Source of the DNA: a virus
Taxonomy: Duplodnaviria; Caudoviricetes
Length of the DNA: 49,648 bases
Virus record (IMG/VR): IMGVR_UViG_3300030606_000009
Coordinates: 1-49,648 of that record
Reading direction: 5' to 3' (one strand)
Shown piece by piece: positions 8,238 to 18,454 of the stretch. Below the pieces are notes generated by a model. It saw only the letters and a list, made by a program, of their open reading frames with translations. It was not told the DNA's origin and searched no databases. A program made the position numbers and the translations under genes. Position 1 is the stretch's first letter. The number at the start of each line of letters is the position of its first letter.

Positions 8238-8378
8238 CTACGCGCGACAGACCTTCGCGGCGTTGGTGAGGGTGGCGGTCACCCAGTCGATGCTGACGCC
8301 GAGCTGTTCGAGGGCGGCGATGGCGGCAGCGAACAGGACCGGGACCAGAGCCTTGGCAGAACCGAGGATGGCAGACAT
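8238..8378 (-). CDS. Small hydrophobic protein (46 aa), ends at TAG
   Basis: RBS GGAGG, ATG 8378. MSAILGSAKALVPVLFAAAIAALEQLGVSIDWV... Confidence 0.55.
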   Translation of the reverse strand: MSAILGSAKALVPVLFAAAIAALEQLGVSIDWVTATLTNAAKVCRA

Positions 8379-8442
8379 ACGCGACCTCCAGTCGACGGCA
8401 GGGTACGGGACCGCAGCCGGTCAAGCGAGGCTGTGCCGGCCG

Positions 8443-9768
8443 TCAGACCAGACCGTAGACGCGCAGATAGTCGGTGGTCGCGATGGCAGGCTCGGCCCCG
8501 GTGCCGTTGCGGCTCACACCGAACCCGTAGTGGGTCACGTTGGTGATGCCGCCGCTCACACTCATCCCTCCGAGGTCGGTCCACGAGACGCCGTCGGGTG
8601 ACAACTCCAGGTTCCACACGCCAGACGAGGTCATGGTGAGTCGACAATACAGCAGCGGCCCTTGTGCGAACGGGTCGACGGCACGGGTTGTGCTGGCCGC
8701 GGCCGCATAGTTGGTGAACGTCCCGCGCACCGTCGAGGCTTCGACCGTGGCGCCTGCAATGACTCGTCCGAGGACGATCGAATCTGCCGTCGTGAGCGGG
8801 TTCCCGCCGTCGTCGGCGACGGTGATCCCGGCAACGGTGTTGTTCTCGTTCCCGAGCGCCATCAGCCGTATCGCAGCTTCGATGTAGGAGCCGGCCTGCC
8901 ATGTCCCGGACAGCGGGAACATGAACCCGGTCAGGTTGACGGCAGACTGCGAATCGAACACGACCGACAGGACGCCCTGCGCCTCAGTGGCGGTGGCGCT
9001 ACCGGACGGCTCGATCTTGGTGCCGGTACCGGAAGTACCGTCGAACTCCTGCCCCTCGTCCTCGGTGCCGTCCGCGACCAGATGGGTGATCCATCCCGGG
9101 ACCGCCCCGCCACCGGAAGCCGCCCCCAGCTGGAGCATGACGGTGATGTCTGCCGTCGTCGGCGCCCACGAGCCGTCGGTGGTGACGGTCACCCCGATCT
9201 CGTCACACTCCGAGACGGCCACCGACCCGGTCCCGACGTCACATTCGGTGTTCGTGCCGTCCAGCACGGCCGTCAGGCCGGACCCGACACCGTTGACCGT
9301 CAACTCGACGGTCAGGGTCCCTGCGGTACGGGCCTCGTTCGACAGCACTGCGATGGCGGTCACCGAACCATCGGCGGGCGCGGGGATCGTCTCACGGACC
9401 CCGTCAAGCAGGGTCAGTGCGACGTCGGTCTGCGAGGCGGCGACGTTGTCCTGATGCCACGGGCCGGTAGGCCCGACCCCTCCGCCTGCGGCCGCGTCGG
9501 CCCATTTGACCCCGAAGGCCTCAGCTGCATCGGCCGTCAAAACCTGACCGTCCGCCCCGACCGGCAGATCGTCCCATTCCGCGCCGTCGGCGACCAGAAG
9601 ATCCCCCTTCGTGGCGGTGACCGTGTCGTCCACGTCCGACAGCCCCGGCAGCGAGCTCGCCCCGCCCCCCAAGGTGACCGGCACCAGCTCCATGGCGGTT
9701 GCGTCCCATGCGACGCCCTGCCCGTCGGTGATGCCGTCAAGGTTGTGGTCGAAGGTTCCCCCGGACAT
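8443..9768 (-). CDS. Tail fibre / receptor-binding minor tail protein
   Basis: LSDVD and TKGDLLVADG...LPVGADGQVLTAD fibre motifs, beta-rich C-terminal domains. Confidence 0.75.
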   Translation of the reverse strand: MSGGTFDHNLDGITDGQGVAWDATAMELVPVTLGGGASSLPGLSDVDDTVTATKGDLLVADGAEWDDLPVGADGQVLTADAAEAFGVKWADAAAGGGVGPTGPWHQDNVAASQTDVALTLLDGVRETIPAPADGSVTAIAVLSNEARTAGTLTVELTVNGVGSGLTAVLDGTNTECDVGTGSVAVSECDEIGVTVTTDGSWAPTTADITVMLQLGAASGGGAVPGWITHLVADGTEDEGQEFDGTSGTGTKIEPSGSATATEAQGVLSVVFDSQSAVNLTGFMFPLSGTWQAGSYIEAAIRLMALGNENNTVAGITVADDGGNPLTTADSIVLGRVIAGATVEASTVRGTFTNYAAAASTTRAVDPFAQGPLLYCRLTMTSSGVWNLELSPDGVSWTDLGGMSVSGGITNVTHYGFGVSRNGTGAEPAIATTDYLRVYGLV

Positions 9769-9771
9769 CGT

Positions 9772-11079
9772 TCAGCCTTGGGTCGCGTTGAACAGGTCGA
9801 GGACTTGTGCGTCAGTCAGCCGGTAGTCGTACACCTGACAGTCGCACACCTTGCCGTTGAGCGGGTTCTGGGAGACGATCGGGGTCCGGGCCTCGCCGAT
9901 GGAGAACAGAGCAGAATCGCCGACGTTGCGGGTCGAGGCGAGCGTCCCCTTCAGGATGCCGTCCACATACATGCGCATGTCGGCGCCGTCGTAGGTCCCC
10001 ACGATGTGGCGAGGTATCCCGACCGAGTTGGTCGGGCCGATGTCGCCGGACACGTTGAGTATGTCAACGGAGATGGTGCCAGATGTGGACCGGGCGAACC
10101 GCCAGATGTTGCCGGTGTGGACTGTCAGGCCCCATCCGCCCCAGTTGGCATCGAAGAAGTGGGTTCCGACCAGATGCCCGTCCGCGCCGGCCGTGTCGAG
10201 GTCGACCCAGATCGCGGCCGAAAATGACGGCGTCCCTTCGAAGTCGAAGGCGTTCGTGCCCGATCCGACCCAGTTGGAGTTGATCCCCTGCACCCCAGCA
10301 AAGTCGTAGGACCCGTCCCCGCAGCAGAACGACGGCTGCCCCAGCGTGACGTTCGCGGCGGCGATCGACAGGTCAAACCCGTTCCCGGACGAGTCGACTG
10401 CGGTCGACCCTGACGTCTCGTCGAGTTTCCACCAGCCCTTCGGCCCGAGCCCCGCCACAAACTCCGTACAGTCGGTGACCGTCTCGATCACCCGTTCCTT
10501 CCCGAAGATCGACACCACCCCCTCATACTCCAGGTCCGAAGTCCCCGCATGGTCGACCTTGACCTCCACCAGGTCGCCTGCCTGCCCGATGAACTCCCAC
10601 ATGTCGGTGTAGCGGGTCCACGCCCCCTGATATCCGTGCCCGGCCTGAAGCAGCGCACCGTTCAGATACAGCCCCACCACCCCGCCGACCGTGTCGTCGG
10701 CCGTCTCGAAGGCGACTTCGAGGCCGTAGACGGCGTTGCAGGGCAGCACGATCTGGGTGGTCGGCAGGGTCGTCTCGGCGAACCCGGTCCGGCGTGTGAC
10801 GGTCGCGAAGGTCAGCGGCTCGTTGCCGGCCCCGACATGCCCCGAAATTGTGGCTTCGAGCCCTTGCCCGCACGGGTCTCCGACGGTCAGCGACAGGCCG
10901 GGCCCGGCCGCCTGCTGGGAGGCCGGGCCGGCCTTGGGGCGTGCCGGACGTGACAGGCTGCCCTGCTGCTGCGGGAAGGTCTCCACCAGCGTCGACGCCT
11001 GCCGCATCGACGCGGCCGCACCGGCCTTGCGCTGTGCACGGCGAAACAGCCGGTCTGCCGCATCCGGGTCAACTGCCAC
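9772..11079 (-). CDS. Minor tail protein with C-terminal LamG/concanavalin-A-like domain
   Basis: GWWKLDETSGSTAVDSSGNG, HIVGTYDG...MYVDG, VYDYRLTDAQV. Start reassigned to GTG 11079. Confidence 0.85.
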   Translation of the reverse strand: MAVDPDAADRLFRRAQRKAGAAASMRQASTLVETFPQQQGSLSRPARPKAGPASQQAAGPGLSLTVGDPCGQGLEATISGHVGAGNEPLTFATVTRRTGFAETTLPTTQIVLPCNAVYGLEVAFETADDTVGGVVGLYLNGALLQAGHGYQGAWTRYTDMWEFIGQAGDLVEVKVDHAGTSDLEYEGVVSIFGKERVIETVTDCTEFVAGLGPKGWWKLDETSGSTAVDSSGNGFDLSIAAANVTLGQPSFCCGDGSYDFAGVQGINSNWVGSGTNAFDFEGTPSFSAAIWVDLDTAGADGHLVGTHFFDANWGGWGLTVHTGNIWRFARSTSGTISVDILNVSGDIGPTNSVGIPRHIVGTYDGADMRMYVDGILKGTLASTRNVGDSALFSIGEARTPIVSQNPLNGKVCDCQVYDYRLTDAQVLDLFNATQG

Positions 11080-13015
11080 TCGGGCCCACCTTCCGCAGCA
11101 GGAACGTCCACCGGACATAGACCCCGGCGTCGTTGGGTTCGGCCCCCAACGCCAGCACCCTCCACGTCGCCCCCGCACCGTCCTCGTCAGGCGCCACGAT
11201 CGTCTCGCCGGGCTCCACGTCCACGTACGGCTGCGGGCCGCCCGCGTCAGGGCCAGCCACGACCGTGGCCGTCTCGGTCGGGTCGATGCTGCGGTTGAGG
11301 ATCTGGTTGGCGAACGTCTCCAGGTCCGCGATGGAGGGCTGCACGCCGAGGACCGTGGCGAACTCCAGCCGCCCGTAGGCGGCCACCGAGGCGGCGTCGA
11401 CGAACTCGTCCCACGCCTGCGACGACGCGACCAGCGCCGCATTGCCGGCCGGCCCCTGCGTCGTGTAGGTCGACTCGACGATCGATGTTCCCTCCGCCAA
11501 CGTCGCCCCGGACGACCCGGCCTCGTCCTGCCATATCTCCAGCACCCGTGACGGCCCCAGTTCGGCCAGCACCCCCGCCAGCTGTTCGACCTGCGCGACA
11601 ATCTGGGAGTAGGGGGTGCCGACAGAGAACGCCCACGTGTAGTCGGACACCCACCCGACCGCGCCGGAGTCGTCGGTGCCGTCGAACCCTTCGGTCAGCC
11701 ACGACAGCGCCCCGCGTGCCCGGGCCTCGTCGTCGAGGCAGATGACCAGCTCGCCGACGGTCACCCCCGGCTCGGGGGCGTTCACCGATGTCGAAAACGC
11801 CAGGGTCGCTGCCGTCGACCGGGCCGCCACAGCCCCCAACGAGAAGGTCCCGTCGCCGTTTTCGGTGGCCTGCGCCAGCGTGAACATGAACCATGCCAGC
11901 CCCGACGACGAACCCTGGCAGACCTTCGCATTCAGGCAGTGGTCGCCCGCCGGCAGATCGATCGTGACCGTCTGGGTCCGTTTCGCCGCCGCCGCCGAAT
12001 CCTGCCGGTAGATCTGAAGCCCGTCGATCCATACTTCCCCGGTCTTGGCGAGGTTGACGAACAGGATCAGCGTCTGGTCGGTCGCGGTCACAAACTCGTG
12101 ATGGAAGTAGCAGCAGCCCTTCGCGGTCGCATACGTCGCTGCGGCGCCTTCCTGCACGACGGTGACCGTCCCGGTCTGCGGCGGATGGTTCAGCGACGAA
12201 TGGTCGACCGAGATGAGCGGAACATTCTGGCCGCCCGGGTCCAGGAACGTGACCAGATAGGGGTCCGAGTCGAGCCCGGAGCCGACCACCGTCACGTCCG
12301 TGATCGTCGAAAGGGCCTCCAACGCCGACGCGACCTGTGCGGCAGACCACGGCGTCCCAATCGTCGCAGTGGTGGCGCCACGGAACGTGAGGGTGAACGT
12401 GCCCGAGTCGATCGAGTCCCCGAGCGCGATCGACTGGACCTCGTCGGCCCCGGAGCTCACCACCGTCGGGGCCGTGCACCACAGCCGCCGTGCCTGGCCG
12501 TCCGGCCACGACTCGGGGGCGGCGGCCGTCCACGGCGGGTCCGGGTCGTCCTGACGGTGGTTCATCGCCGCCGGGGCCGCAAACCCGAATCCGGCATGGT
12601 CGAAGCAGCCGCAGTCCATCCACCCGAACATCCGCGGGTCCGCCTCCAGCCCGCCGACCCCCCCCTCCGGGTAGACGACCGCGCCGCCCAGCCCGACGTC
12701 TCCCATCGCCGCCAGCAGCCCGCGGCCTTCCCACCGTGCCAGCACCCCCGCGTCCTCGCCCGGCTGGGCACGGACCGTCTGGCGCGATTCGAGCACGAAC
12801 GTGTGCCGGTCGACCCCGGCCACGTCCACGGTCACCACCAGCCCATAGTCGAGGTCGCCGAAGTCGGGATGGTCGCGGTGCATCGTGATCTGCCCCGACC
12901 CGGGCCCCTCCCCACGCCCGGCATGCATCCACCGGGCCGACACCGGATCTGTGAACGAGTCGACCGGCGTCCCGTCGACCTGCTCCACCTGGAAGGTGAC
13001 CGGTTCGCCCGCCAT
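11069..13015 (-). CDS. Minor tail protein (baseplate hub/Tal-like)
   Basis: Position after Dit. Contains a DEVQSIAL...GTFTLTF...QVASALEAL insert. Ends PSGS. Confidence 0.75.
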   Translation of the reverse strand: MAGEPVTFQVEQVDGTPVDSFTDPVSARWMHAGRGEGPGSGQITMHRDHPDFGDLDYGLVVTVDVAGVDRHTFVLESRQTVRAQPGEDAGVLARWEGRGLLAAMGDVGLGGAVVYPEGGVGGLEADPRMFGWMDCGCFDHAGFGFAAPAAMNHRQDDPDPPWTAAAPESWPDGQARRLWCTAPTVVSSGADEVQSIALGDSIDSGTFTLTFRGATTATIGTPWSAAQVASALEALSTITDVTVVGSGLDSDPYLVTFLDPGGQNVPLISVDHSSLNHPPQTGTVTVVQEGAAATYATAKGCCYFHHEFVTATDQTLILFVNLAKTGEVWIDGLQIYRQDSAAAAKRTQTVTIDLPAGDHCLNAKVCQGSSSGLAWFMFTLAQATENGDGTFSLGAVAARSTAATLAFSTSVNAPEPGVTVGELVICLDDEARARGALSWLTEGFDGTDDSGAVGWVSDYTWAFSVGTPYSQIVAQVEQLAGVLAELGPSRVLEIWQDEAGSSGATLAEGTSIVESTYTTQGPAGNAALVASSQAWDEFVDAASVAAYGRLEFATVLGVQPSIADLETFANQILNRSIDPTETATVVAGPDAGGPQPYVDVEPGETIVAPDEDGAGATWRVLALGAEPNDAGVYVRWTFLLRKVGPSGS

Positions 13016-13016
13016 G

Positions 13017-13502
13017 TCAGGGCAGCTTGCCGGACGGCACCGAACAGAACACGATCGCCTGCGCCAACGTCCCGGGCCGCAACTGCGGGACCATCCGTTC
13101 CACGTGGAACGGCCCTGACAGGACCGTCCCGTTGTCCAACGTCAACTCGGCCGTGCGGGTCCCCGCCGTGGTGCCGGGCGGATCGACAAACAGGGTCTCG
13201 AACCGTTCCATGTTGACGAACAGGCCGGCCTTCGGGTTGGCATGCGCATTCCCGTTCTCGTCCTCCAGCCCACCAAACCAGACGGTCAATCGCACCGGCG
13301 TCGAAGTCGGGCGGCGGCGCAGCGGCGTGGACCCGTCAGCAAACGGGACGTCAAGGTCGCCCCCTCGGACCAGTCCGGAGTCCAGCAGCGGGGAGATGTC
13401 GGTCAGGCACCATGCGCCGGTGTGCCACGAGACGGTGTCGACCTTGAGGATGCCGCCACATTCGGCGCAGGTCAGCTCGGCGAACTCTGCCGAACCCGGC
13501 AT
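13017..13502 (-). CDS. Distal tail protein (Dit-like)
   Basis: Immediately after the tape measure gene. RGGDLDVPFADG motif. Confidence 0.65.
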   Translation of the reverse strand: MPGSAEFAELTCAECGGILKVDTVSWHTGAWCLTDISPLLDSGLVRGGDLDVPFADGSTPLRRRPTSTPVRLTVWFGGLEDENGNAHANPKAGLFVNMERFETLFVDPPGTTAGTRTAELTLDNGTVLSGPFHVERMVPQLRPGTLAQAIVFCSVPSGKLP

Positions 13503-13503
13503 G

Positions 13504-16500
13504 TCAGCCTCCTGCCCGCAGCATCACGGCCGCCAGCTCGTCGGCCGTCTTGGTCGCCACAGCGTCAGGGTCGACGGCCCCGACCACGGAGATGTTGATG
13601 TCCCCGGCCTGCCGTCCACCTCCGAGCAGGCCGGTCAGGCCGGACGCGTCCGCCAGCGCACGTGCCCGTGACGCGTCGTCGACCGGGATGATGACCTCCC
13701 GCACCCCCGCCTCCGCCACCCGCACAAGATGTCCGCCCGGGGTCGGGTCGGCGATCAGACCGTGCTGGGCCGGGATGAACCCGCCGGGGACACGTACGCC
13801 GATGACCCCGAACTGTTCGACCAGCTCGACCAGCTCGCTGCGGGCCCCGGACGTGTCGACGTCCACGTCGATGTCGACGTTGTAGATCCCCTCCAAATCC
13901 CGCAACGCCGTTGACAGAGCGGCCTCTTGCAGCAGAACCATCGGAAGGTTCGAGTCGAACTCGATCTGCTTGCCGGCGGTGAGGATGTCGGCCTGAAGCT
14001 GGGTTGCCCGAATGTCAGCGACGACCTCATCGAGGTTTGACTCGAAGACGAACCGCAACGTCTCGTTTACGATCAGATCTGCGATGCTGTCGAGGCGTTC
14101 CTCAAACGTCCGTTCGTCCAGCTCCGGTTCGATCTGGACCGGCAGAACTTCAAGGTCTTCGATGTCTTCAAGGAACGCCGTCAGCCGGGCCGTTCCGGCC
14201 TCGAAGTCGATGGTGAACTTGAACGCCTCATCGCTGATTGCGGAGCCCGTACCTTGAATGTCGGTCAGCAACCCGAGCAGTTCGTCGAGCAGTCCGGTGT
14301 CGACGTCGAAGGCCTGCCCGATCCCACGGAACCCCTCCGGGAGGCTGTCACCCAGCGCTTTGAGCTCGGCCGCGGCACCGGCACCAGCCGCCAGTGCCGA
14401 TGCAAGATCGAGCAGGGCCTGCTCCCGGTCCCCTTCAGGGTCGGCGAGGGCTTCGAGGGCGGCATTGACGTCGTCCTGTGCGTCACGGAACCGTGTGACC
14501 GGGTTGAGCAGCGCATCCAGTTCGGCCCCGTACCCGGCGACCGCGGCGGCGGCAGCGTCGAACGCCTCGCCGGTGTCGTCGGCCGCCCCTGTGGTGGCTT
14601 CGAGGGCGGCGATGGCTGCGTCTGCGCCGCCCGGCAGCCCTTCGAGGACAGCCTTGAACAGCGGCAGCGAGTCGATGGCCTCCCGGAATGTCAGGCCGGG
14701 GACCCGTTTTACGACCTGATCCAGGAAGGTGAGGACGGCTGCTCCGCCGCCGGGCAGGGATGCGACCTGCACCAGCACATCGTCGACCTGAGAGAGTGCG
14801 GCGGCGGCCCGTTCGGCGTCGGTGGTCACAAACGGCAGCAGGCCACGCAGCCGGTCGACAGCAACCGAAACGTTCTCGAACCCGGACGGGTCAGCGAGAA
14901 TGTCGAACGCCACCCCCAAGTCGTCGACGTCGACGTCGGCAAACTCGGCCAGCGCCTCCAACGCCTCCTGGAACCCTTCGGTGTCGTCGATGGCGCCGAA
15001 CGATTCTGCGAGCGTGTCGATCGTCTCGCCCAGCCCGACGGTCGGGTCGATCGCCCTGCCCGTTTCGGTGGCGACCGTCCGGATGGCCTGGACGTAGTCG
15101 GGCAGATTTCCGACAAGGCCGGTGGCGGACACTCCGACGTCGTCGAACGCCCCGGCGAGACCGGCAAACAGATCCTGTGCGCCGGAGATGTTTCCGGACT
15201 CGGCCAGACCGGTCAGAGTCTCGTCGATGGCCGCGAACGTGCCCGGCAGGAATGCGGCCAGCTCGTCGACGTCGAGCGTGCCCAACTGTCCGAGCTGGTC
15301 AACCAGCAGGGCGACCGCACCGGCAATGTTGCCGTCAGAGACGAGGCCGGCAGCGATCGTATCCGCGTCCGCGAGCGCCCGACCGAGCCGCTCGAACGGC
15401 CCTTCGATCCCCAGCAGCCCGAGGAACGCATCCCCGACCGTCCCCAACCCTTCGTTGACCGTCTCGAACACGGACCTGTCTGCGAGCCGGTCGAGCGCCT
15501 CGGTGACGTCGTTGATACGTCCTGTGGCCTGCCCGGTCGCGCCGAACTGTCCGATCTGCCGTTGCAGTTCGGCGAACTCTCGGCCCGCGTCCGGTGACAG
15601 TCCGATCGAGTCTGCCAGCGCCCCCACGGCGGCGGCTGCGGCGACGATCGCTGCGACCCGGCCTGACGACACGGTGACACCCAACGCACGCATCCCCCGC
15701 GACAATGCGAACACGCCACCGGCCGCCGACAGTGCCGACTCGGGGATCGCGTCGATGACCCCGACCAGCACGTCGATCACGGGGATCAACGCCACCAGCA
15801 GTTCGGTGGTTGTCCCCACGATCGGGGCCACCGCCTCGAACCCTTCCACCAGCAGCGGCAGGCCGGCCTCGCCAAGCTCGATCACCGATGGCAGCATGTC
15901 CTGTCGGAAGATCTCGACCAGATCCAGAGCGGCCGGCAGCAGGATCTGCCCCAACTGGGCGGCCGCATTCCCCAGCTCAGCCGACAGGATCCGCTGCTGG
16001 TTCGCCAACCCGTCCGACGTCCGCGCAAAATCCCCCTGTGCAGCAGACGTCTGCTCAAGGATCAGGCTGTAGCGGGCCTGGATCTTCGCGCCGTCGTCGA
16101 TCTCCCCGTTCGCGGACGCCAGACCGAGCTCCAGCGCCTTGGCTTCGACCTGTGCGGCGTTGAACGACACCCCCAACTGCCGCAACGGTTCGATTTCGCC
16201 GACCAGCCCGGACCGGATCTTGTCGAGCGTCTCGTCCACCTCAAGGTTGTTGAACGAAGCGAGGTCGGCCGATAGCGACACGACCGACGTGGACATGTCG
16301 GCTGCGGCCTCTGCCGCCAGACCTTGTGCGGTGAACAGGTTCCCGAAGGTGGCGGTCGCCTCGAACGCCGCCTGTTCGGACAGGCCGACGTTGACGGCCG
16401 CCTCGGCCGCGAACTCGGCGACCTGCCCGAAGCTGTCGGCGAAGACGACGCCGGCCTTCGATGAGGATTCTTCGAGGTCGGAGGCGGCGTCGACGATGGC

Positions 16501-16785
16501 CTTGAGCCCGCGGATGATCTCCCGTGCCCCCACGACCGCCAGCGCACCCTTCAGTGCGGTGCCGAGCCGGTCCGAGGCTGACGAGGCTTCGTCGATCTCT
16601 TCGGTGACGTCGCCCAGCCCGGCGTCGAGCGCCTGTACCGACGCGATGTCGTCGCCCAACCCCAAATCGACCGGGGGGACGTCGACGTCGATGGTCAGGG
16701 CACGGGAGGCTTCGGCACGGAGCCGTTCGACCTGCCGCAGCGCAGCATCGACCGACAGGACCAGGTCGGTGCGAAGTTCAGCCAT
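13504..16785 (-). CDS. Tape measure protein
   Basis: 1093 aa, Ala/Leu-rich helical. ADLASFNN...GEIEPLRQLGV...GDFART and C-terminal VAEAGVREVIIP motifs. Confidence 0.92.
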   Translation of the reverse strand: MAELRTDLVLSVDAALRQVERLRAEASRALTIDVDVPPVDLGLGDDIASVQALDAGLGDVTEEIDEASSASDRLGTALKGALAVVGAREIIRGLKAIVDAASDLEESSSKAGVVFADSFGQVAEFAAEAAVNVGLSEQAAFEATATFGNLFTAQGLAAEAAADMSTSVVSLSADLASFNNLEVDETLDKIRSGLVGEIEPLRQLGVSFNAAQVEAKALELGLASANGEIDDGAKIQARYSLILEQTSAAQGDFARTSDGLANQQRILSAELGNAAAQLGQILLPAALDLVEIFRQDMLPSVIELGEAGLPLLVEGFEAVAPIVGTTTELLVALIPVIDVLVGVIDAIPESALSAAGGVFALSRGMRALGVTVSSGRVAAIVAAAAAVGALADSIGLSPDAGREFAELQRQIGQFGATGQATGRINDVTEALDRLADRSVFETVNEGLGTVGDAFLGLLGIEGPFERLGRALADADTIAAGLVSDGNIAGAVALLVDQLGQLGTLDVDELAAFLPGTFAAIDETLTGLAESGNISGAQDLFAGLAGAFDDVGVSATGLVGNLPDYVQAIRTVATETGRAIDPTVGLGETIDTLAESFGAIDDTEGFQEALEALAEFADVDVDDLGVAFDILADPSGFENVSVAVDRLRGLLPFVTTDAERAAAALSQVDDVLVQVASLPGGGAAVLTFLDQVVKRVPGLTFREAIDSLPLFKAVLEGLPGGADAAIAALEATTGAADDTGEAFDAAAAAVAGYGAELDALLNPVTRFRDAQDDVNAALEALADPEGDREQALLDLASALAAGAGAAAELKALGDSLPEGFRGIGQAFDVDTGLLDELLGLLTDIQGTGSAISDEAFKFTIDFEAGTARLTAFLEDIEDLEVLPVQIEPELDERTFEERLDSIADLIVNETLRFVFESNLDEVVADIRATQLQADILTAGKQIEFDSNLPMVLLQEAALSTALRDLEGIYNVDIDVDVDTSGARSELVELVEQFGVIGVRVPGGFIPAQHGLIADPTPGGHLVRVAEAGVREVIIPVDDASRARALADASGLTGLLGGGRQAGDINISVVGAVDPDAVATKTADELAAVMLRAGG

Positions 16786-17075
16786 CGGCCGGATCGTAAC
16801 CGTCAGACACGGTTACGGCCTGCACCTGCTGGACTGCCGGGCCCACGCCGGCATGGCCGAGCAGGACGGCCGCCTCCCACACTTCCAGCCGGTCGACTGT
16901 ACGAGGGTCCCAACCCCACCGGATCGCCATCGCACGGTAGATCGGCCCGAACCAGTCAAGCCCGTCAGGCAACGTCGGCCATGCGACGGTGCGGCGCTGG
17001 TTGACCGGGGCGAACGGGTCGTCGACGGCAGGCTGGTCCGGGGCTCCGTCGGCCTCTAGGCCGGGCCAGCAGGAG
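16778..17075 (-). CDS. Tail assembly chaperone, downstream (T) segment; start uncertain
   Basis: WGWDPRTVDRLEVWEAAVLLG in the -1 frame overlapping the chaperone G end, just before the tape measure gene. Confidence 0.55.
16793..16817 (-). promoter_or_regulatory. Leaderless -10 (TACGAT) for the tape measure gene, overlapped by a perfect palindrome
   Basis: TACGAT-N7-ATG. CGTAACCGT-cagac-ACGGTTACG at 16795-16817. Confidence 0.5.
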
Positions 17076-17559
17076 AGGGGACCGTCTGCCAATGCCTGCG
17101 CATCCTCACCGGCAGGTCCCGTGACGCCATCCACGCCGGCAGCTTCTCGACGTCCAACGTCGTCCAGGGGGTCGCCTGTGCCGACAGCATCTCGAAGGCC
17201 CGCAGCGTGAACTTCAGATGCGCCTCGTCGACCTGACGGGTGAACTCGTCGCCGATCTTGGACAGCTCCCGCTTGTCAGCCAGCCTGCGTTGGGCACGTT
17301 CCTCCAGCAGCCCCGACGGATCGTCAGCCTCGCCGATGGCGGCCTGTTCGGCCTCTTCTGCGGCCTGCATCCGCCGGCGGATCGCCGTGTCGGTGGCGAC
17401 CCTGGATTCGGCCAGTTCGGTGATGAGGTCGGCGACCTGCCCGATGTCGGCCATCAGGGCACGCAACTCGCCGATGGTGGGGCGGCGGATCCGTTCGACC
17501 CGGTCGCCGTCGGTGACGGTGATGGTGCCGTCGTCGCGGAAGTCGATGCCGTCGACCAC
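17056..17559 (-). CDS. Tail assembly chaperone (G)
   Basis: RIRRPTIGELR motif. Position upstream of the tape measure gene. Confidence 0.7.
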   Translation of the reverse strand: MVDGIDFRDDGTITVTDGDRVERIRRPTIGELRALMADIGQVADLITELAESRVATDTAIRRRMQAAEEAEQAAIGEADDPSGLLEERAQRRLADKRELSKIGDEFTRQVDEAHLKFTLRAFEMLSAQATPWTTLDVEKLPAWMASRDLPVRMRRHWQTVPSPAGPA

Positions 17560-17591
17560 ATCTGCTCCGGTTGCCGCCTACCCCGTCGATG

Positions 17592-17975
17592 CTAGCGGAC
17601 CCGTCCTGCTGCACGGCGCAGCGCCGCCTGCCAACCTGACAGGTTGACGACGTCGGAGTACCAGCGGGTGCCGCGGGTGCCCGGATGGTCGACGCGGCGG
17701 GTGTAGACGAGGGTGGAGCCGACCCGGAACCGGAGCACCTTGCGGTTGCGGGGCCGGATCGTGTGCGGCCGTGTCCCCGTGTCGGTGAAGGAGGCATACT
17801 CCGCCGGGTAGCGGATCTCGACCCGCCCAGACCCCTTGCGGACGATGTCGCCCGTCCCTCGCAGCTGGCCGGTCCTGACCGGGGCGCGACGGTCGGTGTC
17901 ACGCAACATGTCGGCCGCCGCAGCCAACGCGACCCGGTCCGCATAGGCGCGCACCTCCAGGTTGAGGTCGGCCAT
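17592..17975 (-). CDS. HK97 gp10-like tail completion protein
   Basis: APVRTGQLR, YASFTDTGTRPHTIRP, VDHPGT. Confidence 0.85.
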   Translation of the reverse strand: MADLNLEVRAYADRVALAAAADMLRDTDRRAPVRTGQLRGTGDIVRKGSGRVEIRYPAEYASFTDTGTRPHTIRPRNRKVLRFRVGSTLVYTRRVDHPGTRGTRWYSDVVNLSGWQAALRRAAGRVR

Positions 17976-18454
17976 CACAGGCCCACCAGCACGTCGACGG
18001 TGACCCGCAGCCCGGCGAACGCACCCTCGGGACCGATCGTTTCGAGCCGTCCGACCGACCCGTCCCGGCACCCGACGATGCCGCCGGCCAGGACGGCTTC
18101 GACCAGCCCGCGGTGCAGCAGCCATCCGTCTCGCAGCCGCGCCCGGCCTTCGGCATCCAACGAACCGATTGTCGCTGCGGAGCCGGCGACTACGCACCGC
18201 CACAGTTCGACCGCGTAGGTGGCGGTACGGATCTTGTCGAACGTCCATTCGGTCTGCGGTTCTTCGGCGGCGGGACGTCCGGCGAACGCGGCGATCAGCG
18301 ACACGACCAGCTGTTCGCAGTCTGCCGCCACGACCCCGGTGGTCAGATACCGTCGGTCGGGGAGGGTGAGGGTTTGGGCGGCCCATTCGGCTTCGACGGC
18401 CGCCATGATCTGCTCGGCGATCGTCTCCAACAGGTCCGGGTCGGCGACCGTCAC
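17975..18454 (-). CDS. Tail terminator-like protein
   Basis: DCEQLVV...ELWRCV...GPEGAFAG pattern. Position in the neck module. Confidence 0.65.
   Translation of the reverse strand: MTVADPDLLETIAEQIMAAVEAEWAAQTLTLPDRRYLTTGVVAADCEQLVVSLIAAFAGRPAAEEPQTEWTFDKIRTATYAVELWRCVVAGSAATIGSLDAEGRARLRDGWLLHRGLVEAVLAGGIVGCRDGSVGRLETIGPEGAFAGLRVTVDVLVGL

Noticed and set aside
8238-8240. Genome-wide TAG recoding
   Set aside because: TAG ends several clear genes (17056, 17592, 30401), and no suppressor tRNA was seen.
9772-11601. ORF-track starts for several genes (e.g. 11601, 7130, 25521, 22990, 18572)
   Set aside because: The extensions overlap upstream genes in other frames. Downstream starts with an RBS or stop/start overlap fit better.
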